From an uncultured virus (IMG/VR IMGVR_UViG_2925643758_000002) (taxonomy: Duplodnaviria; Heunggongvirae; Uroviricota; Caudoviricetes): a DNA stretch of 20,000 nucleotides. The stretch is taken from IMG/VR virus record IMGVR_UViG_2925643758_000002; one strand, given 5' to 3'. The translations under genes and the position numbers were made by a program. The notes below the pieces were generated by a model, which was not told the origin of the DNA, searched no databases, and saw nothing but the letters and a program-made list of their open reading frames with translations. This document shows, piece after piece, positions 13,927-20,000 of the stretch; position 1 is the stretch's first letter; every line of letters begins with the position of its first letter.

Positions 13927-15321
13927 CTAAAACTCGAACACGTCCGCAGCCCCGGCGCCCGTTTCCGGCTGTTTCACTACGCCGATTTGCGGAAGATAAA
14001 TAATCTCTGCGACTTCCCCTTCGCCGCCATCGCGACCTTTATTCAATCCGATTAAGCCACGTCCTTCTTTCGCGTTCGTATCGACCGCAATCAATAACGC
14101 AGCATCTTCGAGCAGGGCTTTCGTTTTCTTGACGTCCTTACGCTGCGGCAGTTTAAGATCGCGCGTTCCATCTTCCGTTTCTTTCTCGTCATCCTCATCC
14201 GCCTGTGTGAGCGCAAATATGGTCGTTTTCGTATGCCCGGCCAGACGGCGCAGTTTTTGCGAAGTATTAGCCGCATCCCCGCCCGCCGTCTTTGACGTAT
14301 TGGCTTCGTAGTCGAGGTAATAAAACGGATCTACAAGCACGACGTCGGCCTTCGTTTCAATAATGTCCGATTTTAGGTCGCGCAGGGTTCTTGAGCCGAA
14401 GTCTTCATCGTCGACAGCTCGCACCGTAATGTTTCCCGGAATGATTTCGTTAAGACGATCAAGGAATTCCATAAAGCCCGCTTCGAACTCGTCGGATAGT
14501 TTGCCCTGACGTACGTCGCGAGAGTTGAAGCCGGCTTCCATATCGACGCCGTCAAGAGTCGCGGTCGTTACGCCCATGGTTCCGGAAATCGATACGTACA
14601 GACGCACCAACACTTCGTACCAGCCCATTTCCATCGACCAAATCAGAACGTTCGCCCCCTGCATCGCACAGTTAGTGACCTCTTCTAACGATACGGCCGA
14701 TTTACCCCGGCCCGACTTTCCGTAGATCACGTACACGTTCGACGAGACGTAGCCACCCATCGCCTTATTAACAAAGTCGAATTTGCTGCGCCAGATCCGA
14801 AAGGACTCGCCGGCCTTACGGTTTTCATATTCCGCTTTAAACTTGTCGATGTCCCGTTTGATATCCGTCCCGACCGAGTTTCGAACGTTTGTTCTCATTT
14901 TAAGACTTTCGGCCTGCCCCGTCAACCACTCGAAGAATTTTCCCATATCACCGCTTTTTTGCGCTTCAATAAATCGTTTTTCGAGTTGCGGCTCCTGAAC
15001 TTGGCGGCCGGTTTCCGGATCAATGCGGCCGTTCATCAGCTCGATAAATTCGCGCTCTGCCGCCCGATCCTTGAGGTTTTTCGCAAGGTAATCGTAGCTG
15101 GCTTCGATATTAAAATCCGGCTGGAAGTCCGGCACCTCATTCGTAACCATTTCGGCCGTCGGCGCTTGGCCTCGGTATTTCTCCGCGTAATCCATGACGT
15201 ACCGGAAGGCCTTGCGTTCGCCCTGCGTTTGGAAGTCGGCTTCGGAAACATTGAAACGCAGAAGGGCGTTCGGATCGTTTGCTTCGATAGCTTTCGATAT
15301 AAGTAAAGTTCCGTAGTTCAT
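13927..15321 (-). CDS. DnaB-like (SF4) replicative helicase
   Basis: Walker A YGKSGRGKS, WSMEM, Walker B VVLVD, LTQ, LLEDA and NKGRDG motifs. Confidence 0.94.
   Translation of the reverse strand: MNYGTLLISKAIEANDPNALLRFNVSEADFQTQGERKAFRYVMDYAEKYRGQAPTAEMVTNEVPDFQPDFNIEASYDYLAKNLKDRAAEREFIELMNGRIDPETGRQVQEPQLEKRFIEAQKSGDMGKFFEWLTGQAESLKMRTNVRNSVGTDIKRDIDKFKAEYENRKAGESFRIWRSKFDFVNKAMGGYVSSNVYVIYGKSGRGKSAVSLEEVTNCAMQGANVLIWSMEMGWYEVLVRLYVSISGTMGVTTATLDGVDMEAGFNSRDVRQGKLSDEFEAGFMEFLDRLNEIIPGNITVRAVDDEDFGSRTLRDLKSDIIETKADVVLVDPFYYLDYEANTSKTAGGDAANTSQKLRRLAGHTKTTIFALTQADEDDEKETEDGTRDLKLPQRKDVKKTKALLEDAALLIAVDTNAKEGRGLIGLNKGRDGGEGEVAEIIYLPQIGVVKQPETGAGAADVFEF
14882..14925 (-). promoter_or_regulatory. 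Intragenic SigA promoter with LexA (SOS) box over +1
   Basis: Minus strand TTGACG (14925-14920), 17 bp, TAAAAT (14902-14897), then AGAAC-AAAC-GTTCG (14895-14882), matching the Bacillus CGAAC-N4-GTTCG consensus. Confidence 0.75.
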
Positions 15322-15542
15322 GCGCGCTCCTCCCTTCGATTTTTACGAAAGAAAATCCGTTTAACTAATGCTCTTACTCCTAATGCAATCCCCTCAGCTG
15401 TATATAAAGCGCCTTCCCCGATATAGTAAATCGCGACTAGTGGTAAGTATATCGGAGATAGGACGAAGAAGATCACGTTTTCTATGCGTACCTGTTTAGT
15501 CCACTCTTCATCCGTATAAACGCACCTAATTCTACGCTTCAT
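15318..15542 (-). CDS. Small membrane protein
   Basis: 74 aa, hydrophobic core, basic tail; GGGAGG RBS, ATGA overlaps. Confidence 0.7.
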   Translation of the reverse strand: MKRRIRCVYTDEEWTKQVRIENVIFFVLSPIYLPLVAIYYIGEGALYTAEGIALGVRALVKRIFFRKNRREERA

Positions 15543-16066
15543 TCGCCCGCCTCCCGTCTCAATTTCGCCATTACACCGTCAGCCTTCGCTTTATACTCCG
15601 CATCCCCAAACGTCTCGTATAGGCGCATGTTATCGTTGTATTCGTCCAGCAACTCGTCAGTCTTCCGTTTGCGTTTCGCAACTTCCTGCGCACTTAATAC
15701 CCGCGCCGTCTTCGGCGTTTCCTTCGGCCCTTTCGCCATCCCAACCGCCTCCTTTTTCGCGTAACCTATTCCGAAAGAAAAATCATCCGTAAAGTGAAAT
15801 GCCGAGCCTGACGGCTCCGGATAATTCGTCACGTCGTACGTTAAGAGATAATCTTCCGCGAACTGTTTCCGACAGACCAACCGCAGATCCATTTCGAACG
15901 CTTCGAGGAATTCGCCGTTTATGGCATCAGTTAGCTCGAAATCGACGTATTCACTTACGCCCCACTCCTCGGTTCTCTTTATTTCGCTCCAAGCATCAAC
16001 GTAGAAAATCCGATTTTCGTACCCGGCAACCGATACGATATCTCCGAAGGTGAATTCCGTTTTCAT
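15539..16066 (-). CDS. Phage protein: SH3-like N-terminus plus YodN/IDEAL-like C-terminal helical hairpin
   Basis: FTFGDIVSV start; TDELLDEYNDNMRLYETFGDAEYK near the end. Confidence 0.7.
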   Translation of the reverse strand: MKTEFTFGDIVSVAGYENRIFYVDAWSEIKRTEEWGVSEYVDFELTDAINGEFLEAFEMDLRLVCRKQFAEDYLLTYDVTNYPEPSGSAFHFTDDFSFGIGYAKKEAVGMAKGPKETPKTARVLSAQEVAKRKRKTDELLDEYNDNMRLYETFGDAEYKAKADGVMAKLRREAGE

Positions 16067-16434
16067 GGTCGGCCACCACCGTAGTAAACAATCGATATCT
16101 TTAATCCGTTCTTTTTCGCAAGGTCAATCATATGCTTAGTGCCTCGGCTCTTACCGTCCCAAAACGCCATTAATGCGTCTGCTTCTTCCGCCATTTCTTT
16201 ATTACGAATGTACCCGGCAGCCTTTCCGAATTTATCCCAATCGGCAGGATACTCACTTATTTCGTACCCTTTCTCGCGCGCATAACGTTCACCGAGACTA
16301 TCCGCTCCGCGTGCTTTTCCGGACACAATTACGATCTTCTCGTTTTGTCGATTGCGTAGAGCCGAGTCTAATTTACAACGCAGTAAGTCGTAGTCATTAA
16401 AATCACGCCCTCCTGCTACAACAACCTTAATCAT
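16063..16434 (-). CDS. SLOG-superfamily protein (DUF2493/YspA-like)
   Basis: VVAGGRDF, IVSGKARGAD, AGYIRNKEM and AFWDGKSRGT motifs. Confidence 0.9.
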   Translation of the reverse strand: MIKVVVAGGRDFNDYDLLRCKLDSALRNRQNEKIVIVSGKARGADSLGERYAREKGYEISEYPADWDKFGKAAGYIRNKEMAEEADALMAFWDGKSRGTKHMIDLAKKNGLKISIVYYGGGRP

Positions 16435-17213
16435 CTACGCATCCCCCTTTTCGATTCGCCGACGAATTCAATCTCGCGGCATAGGTCGCCCACCCGATCG
16501 GCCAGACGTCGCTCACCGAATACTTGCCAAAGCTGATCTAGCGCAATGTTGCTCGTGTAGATCGTCGGTAGCTGATTCGTTACTCTTGCGTTAATAACGG
16601 TATGCAAATCGCCGCGGAAGCCGTCCGTTGCATCGCGTACCCCTATATCGTCCAGCACGGCAAATGGCGCCTTCTTTGCGGCCTCAAGCGCACGATAATA
16701 CCGGGCGGCCGCCGGCTCTGCGACTGAATCCGGAACACGCGGACGGTTGAATTCGTTATAGTCGTTCTGCCACGCGTTTACGTCGAGGAAATAGGCCGGC
16801 CGCTGCAACGGTTCGAGGCCGCGCCGCAGGGAGCCGCTATAATGGACACGTAGCCATTCGTTAAGAAGTGCGGCGGCCGTCGTCGTCTTTCCGGTGCCGG
16901 GCGATTCGCTTACGAGGTACAGCGACTTAATGCGGTCCGCTGCCGCTACCGAGCCGGATTGCTGATCGAATTGACGATTAAATGTAGACGCGTAAGCATA
17001 AGCCGCTTTATAAGCCTCCGGTTGGTCACCGCGCGCTGACGAGTTCTGTAGCGTCACGAGCCGGTACTCACGCGGTAGCCCCGCCGCCGCCGACCGCCCT
17101 CCGTTTCCGCTTACGCCGTGCATCTGAATGAAAGCCGTACAGTGTTTCGTACAAGCCGCCGTACCTGCTCCCATGCATCCGTTAGCAAGTACGCAATTGT
17201 TTTCGTTAGTCAT
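16431..17213 (-). CDS. DnaC/IstB-like AAA+ ATPase (helicase loader)
   Basis: SPGTGKTT, VLDDIG, TIYTSN, RLADR and GESKR motifs; Cys/His-rich N-terminus; AAAGGAGG RBS. Confidence 0.9.
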   Translation of the reverse strand: MTNENNCVLANGCMGAGTAACTKHCTAFIQMHGVSGNGGRSAAAGLPREYRLVTLQNSSARGDQPEAYKAAYAYASTFNRQFDQQSGSVAAADRIKSLYLVSESPGTGKTTTAAALLNEWLRVHYSGSLRRGLEPLQRPAYFLDVNAWQNDYNEFNRPRVPDSVAEPAAARYYRALEAAKKAPFAVLDDIGVRDATDGFRGDLHTVINARVTNQLPTIYTSNIALDQLWQVFGERRLADRVGDLCREIEFVGESKRGMRR

Positions 17214-17232
17214 ATTCGCGGACCTCCTTTCG

Positions 17233-17385
17233 TTAATTTTTACGGAGAGTAAACTCCGCTTTTACTTCCCGATTCCATTGATTGATCACAAACCTTCCTT
17301 TGGTCGCCGCGTATCCTCGCTGCTTAAGCCACTGGACCATAGCTTCGACGATCTCCGCCTCACTCATCGTATATTTTAAAGTCAT
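17233..17385 (-). CDS. 50-aa hypothetical protein (MTLKYTMSEAEIVEAMVQWLKQRGYAATKGRFVINQWNREVKAEFTLRKN)
   Basis: Read by hand. ATGA coupling; fills the gap exactly. Confidence 0.7.
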   Translation of the reverse strand: MTLKYTMSEAEIVEAMVQWLKQRGYAATKGRFVINQWNREVKAEFTLRKN

Positions 17386-17738
17386 TCGCACTCATCCTTT
17401 TGTTTTTTCTCGTTTTCTAAATACGCATCTTTCTCCTCTTCGGTTAAGACCTCGTAATCTTCGTTCTCAAGGAAAAACATCGTTCCGAAGCACTCATCGT
17501 TAACATTTACGCCCATGCGAACCCAAGTTGGAAAAGCTGTAGTTTTATCTTCAACTGTTCCTTCCGGAAAGTTGATTTCTACATATTCACGATCATACTC
17601 GCCGTTCTCGATTTTTTCTCTAATCCGAGACATATCGATAATTTTATGAACGCGGAGAACACTTCCTTCCGGATAATTTTCGCCTCCGTAAATAGTCAAT
17701 TTAATCAAATCTCCGACACTTGCTTTTGCCTTGGTCAT
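17382..17738 (-). CDS. Hypothetical phage protein (SH3-like)
   Basis: 118 aa; ASVGDLIKL start, EDYEVL end; GAGGTG RBS. Confidence 0.7.
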   Translation of the reverse strand: MTKAKASVGDLIKLTIYGGENYPEGSVLRVHKIIDMSRIREKIENGEYDREYVEINFPEGTVEDKTTAFPTWVRMGVNVNDECFGTMFFLENEDYEVLTEEEKDAYLENEKKQKDECE

Positions 17739-18355
17739 TCACCGATCACCTCTTCGCGTGAGTCGTCGATGATAGTTGTTATGCCGTTCCCTAAAAACAG
17801 TCTTACTGATTGAATGGGTACGAAGTCTGTCCGATGGTCCACCTCTTCAGATACAGTTAAACGCGGGTATTTACGACTGTAGTAAACAACGTCGCCCACA
17901 CGAACCTCAGTCGGCTGCGGAGCGTTCAAGTATTCGTCAGGCACCGCCAAGCCTAGCGCACGTCTTAGCGCGACTGCTTTACCGATATGAACGTTGAAGC
18001 AGTCGTCAGGGGCGGCTTTAGCGATTCCTCTCGCAAAGACCTCACTGGTGTACTCGCCTTTAATTAACGCAACAACGGTACGTTTATTACGATTAACAAT
18101 GAAATCAATCCCGCACCATTCTGACGTGTTGTCCATGACCAATTCCTCAGCGTCCGCCTTCGCCTGCTCAACGATTTCATCCCGGCGGGCTTGGGCGCTT
18201 ACAACCGGAGCCTGACCGTACGTAGTATCCATCTCCGCGTCGAACTTCCCTTGCCGATAGCCTTCGCCATAAGCCCGCATTCTGATCGCCCGCATAACGT
18301 CTTCGCCGTGAGCGATTAACTCGTCGTATCCCATTGCGTTCAAATCGATTTTCAC
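17735..18355 (-). CDS. Conserved-type phage hypothetical protein
   Basis: Likely GTG start at 18355 (GAGGAGG RBS); GIAKAAPDDCFNVHIGKAVALRRA motif and a C-terminal VRVGDVV SH3-like module. Confidence 0.75.
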   Translation of the reverse strand: MKIDLNAMGYDELIAHGEDVMRAIRMRAYGEGYRQGKFDAEMDTTYGQAPVVSAQARRDEIVEQAKADAEELVMDNTSEWCGIDFIVNRNKRTVVALIKGEYTSEVFARGIAKAAPDDCFNVHIGKAVALRRALGLAVPDEYLNAPQPTEVRVGDVVYYSRKYPRLTVSEEVDHRTDFVPIQSVRLFLGNGITTIIDDSREEVIGE

Positions 18356-18375
18356 TTCGTCAGCCTCCTCGTAAT

Positions 18376-18546
18376 TTACTCGCATAAAATAGCCGCTACT
18401 TTTGCGAAGTCCTCTTTCCGCACAGAAACCTGATCGTAACCTTCGCCAATTCGGATCACATCGTCTTCAACTTCGAACGCTATCGTTTTCTGATCCTCGT
18501 CATAATATGAATCGTTTATCGCGTTAATTACGACTCTCATATCCAC
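18376..18546 (-). CDS. 56-aa acidic hypothetical protein (MDMRVVINAINDSYYDEDQKTIAFEVEDDVIRIGEGYDQVSVRKEDFAKVAAILCE)
   Basis: Read by hand. GTG start with GAGGAGG RBS; fills the gap. Confidence 0.75.
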   Translation of the reverse strand: MDMRVVINAINDSYYDEDQKTIAFEVEDDVIRIGEGYDQVSVRKEDFAKVAAILCE

Positions 18547-18571
18547 CGCAATCCCTCCTCGTTATTTTCCG

Positions 18572-18949
18572 TCAAAACCACGCATCATCCACGCCTTCAC
18601 TGCGATCGGCCCGTTTCTGTTCAGCTTGGACTGCGCTAGACGCCCGCTGCAAGTTCGGCCCCATATACGTCTGCATCCATCCGAAACTTACGCCCGGCCA
18701 CTCTATGGACGGCTTATAATCCGCGAAGCACATATCGATGAATCGCTTCGTTATCTCCGGCCCGTATGCGCCCGGTTTTCGTTTCGTACCGACCCAACGT
18801 CCAAGCATGCCCGCTTCGGCCTTCCACGGCTCACGAGTAGGCATCGGAACATAAGGAACGCCGTAGAGCCGCTGGTGCTCCGCTTTGAGGTACGCTTGGA
18901 AATCTCGCGTATTCCACTTGGCGACTGGCTTCGTTTCATACGTTGTCAT
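18572..18949 (-). CDS. Hypothetical phage protein
   Basis: True start likely ATG 18949 (AAGGAGTG RBS, ATGA overlap), giving 125 aa. Confidence 0.75.
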   Translation of the reverse strand: MTTYETKPVAKWNTRDFQAYLKAEHQRLYGVPYVPMPTREPWKAEAGMLGRWVGTKRKPGAYGPEITKRFIDMCFADYKPSIEWPGVSFGWMQTYMGPNLQRASSAVQAEQKRADRSEGVDDAWF

Positions 18950-19308
18950 CGCGCGTTCACTCCTTCGATTTTGATTCCGAGAAGATTGAGCGTGTTGATA
19001 ACGCCCTCCCTTTCGCATTCAAGGCTGAACGTAACGCCCCGGGATTGCGCAGCCTGTTGCTTTTCCTGAAGTTCGTCGTAATACTCGCGTACCCGGTCTT
19101 CCGGTGTACCTTCGATCTCGTATCCGTTAATTAACGCAGCCGCTAATGTGGTGACGTCCATATCGTCGAAAGTGTGTCCGTCATACCAGCGAGGAGCGTG
19201 CCCCGATAGGAAGTCCGCATGTGAACGTAATATCCAATCGTCTTCGTGTCCGAACCCTCTTGCCGATTCGATAACCTCCGCCTGTTCCTTCGTGATTGTC
19301 GGCTTCAT
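18946..19308 (-). CDS. Phage protein, DUF1642-like
   Basis: 120 aa; ITKEQAEVIE...LAAALINGYEIE pattern; AAAGGAGG RBS. Confidence 0.7.
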   Translation of the reverse strand: MKPTITKEQAEVIESARGFGHEDDWILRSHADFLSGHAPRWYDGHTFDDMDVTTLAAALINGYEIEGTPEDRVREYYDELQEKQQAAQSRGVTFSLECEREGVINTLNLLGIKIEGVNAR

Positions 19309-19487
19309 TTTAGCGCCTCCTTTGCGTGTAAATTAATTTCATATAGCGCAGTAACCGGAACCAAATCGACGCTTTCTTCGGGTAACTGCGACTTTATTTC
19401 GATCACCCTTAGCGCCGTCTTCAACCGCTCATTCTCGCCAATCAAATCCGCCACAGCACAACGCAATCGTTTAACTTCTTCGGTCAT
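19305..19487 (-). CDS. Small coiled-coil hypothetical protein
   Basis: 60 aa; GGAGAGG RBS; coupled to the downstream gene. Confidence 0.7.
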   Translation of the reverse strand: MTEEVKRLRCAVADLIGENERLKTALRVIEIKSQLPEESVDLVPVTALYEINLHAKEALK

Positions 19488-19522
19488 GTTTTCGCCGCCT
19501 CTCCGCTATTTTACCGCTGACC

Positions 19523-19846
19523 CTACCAATCGCCCTCGACCGTCAGTAACGCCGCTATTCCCTCGCGAAACTCACGTATTAAACGTGCTAATTCCGCCAG
19601 CGATGTCACATCCGAGTCGCGCAGCCGCCGATTCATTACGTCGAGTACCGCGCGTTCGACCGTTGAGTGATACGCTACTTCGCGCCATTTTTCCTTCGGC
19701 GTCGGGTCAGCGTTCGGGTTCTCCGCAAGCTTCTTCGGCCAGTTCGGCGCTTTTGTCGGGTCGGTGAAATAGCGTTCATTTACGATGATGTTAAGCGTAT
19801 CGGACGTTAGTTTGTAATCGGGTGAGATCGGGATTTCAATCGCCAT
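19523..19846 (-). CDS. Phage protein, DUF5405-like
   Basis: 107 aa; DYKLTSDTLNIIV...YHSTVE pattern; AAGGAGG RBS. Confidence 0.7.
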   Translation of the reverse strand: MAIEIPISPDYKLTSDTLNIIVNERYFTDPTKAPNWPKKLAENPNADPTPKEKWREVAYHSTVERAVLDVMNRRLRDSDVTSLAELARLIREFREGIAALLTVEGDW

Positions 19847-20000
19847 GGTTGGCGTCGCCTCCTTCGTTAATTAGCCGCCAAACTTTAGCGCGTAGTTCCG
19901 GAACGGAAACCGACAATTCTTCTTTGACCAAAGCGCGAGTTTCCGGCTTGATATCGATTAAGGCTTCGAAAATTGTAGCGAGTTCATATTTCGTAAACAT
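19836..20000 (-). CDS. Hypothetical protein (MFTKYELATIFEALIDIKPE...EGGDANHGD), possibly 5'-truncated
   Basis: Read by hand. Open frame from the ATG at the window edge to TGA at 19836, overlapping the next start. Confidence 0.6.
   Translation of the reverse strand: MFTKYELATIFEALIDIKPETRALVKEELSVSVPELRAKVWRLINEGGDANHGD

Larger units (their letters stand above)
1..20000. mobile_element. Temperate Bacillus phage/prophage: replication-recombination module plus lysis/lysogeny (arbitrium) control island
   Basis: Dense co-oriented genes with ATGA/adjacent stop-start coupling and Firmicutes-type GGAGG RBSs; phage-type helicase/primase/PolA/SSB/resolvase; many small hypotheticals; AimR-AimP; Bacillus-type SOS box. 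No element boundaries in the window. Confidence 0.93.

Noticed and set aside
18950..19018. Longer N-terminus of the 148-aa ORF
   Set aside because: Overlaps the upstream gene; RBS and ATGA coupling point to ATG 18949.

Overview
The whole window is part of a temperate Bacillus (subtilis-group-like) phage or prophage: a translationally coupled, minus-strand DNA replication/recombination module. It encodes a DnaC-like loader, SLOG protein, DnaB-like helicase, primase, SSB, family-A DNA polymerase, DEDDh exonuclease, two PD-(D/E)XK nucleases and a RuvC-like resolvase. An AT-rich regulatory island at about 10.7-12.8 kb splits the module. The island holds an arbitrium peptide-communication system: an AimR-family HTH-TPR receptor, an overlapping 40-aa pro-peptide gene missed by the ORF track (predicted mature signal EVRVGG) and an intrinsic terminator. 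Two Xre-type HTH genes are transcribed divergently from aimR. The gene in the aimX position encodes a divergent sigma-factor-like protein heading the SSB/polymerase operon, and a near-consensus antisense promoter faces it. A near-consensus SigA promoter with a canonical LexA box over its start site lies inside the helicase gene. Together these suggest an SOS + quorum-sensing circuit that gates phage replication (inference). No tRNA, rRNA, CRISPR array, integrase or structural genes were seen. Family assignments come from motifs recognised by eye, not from database searches.
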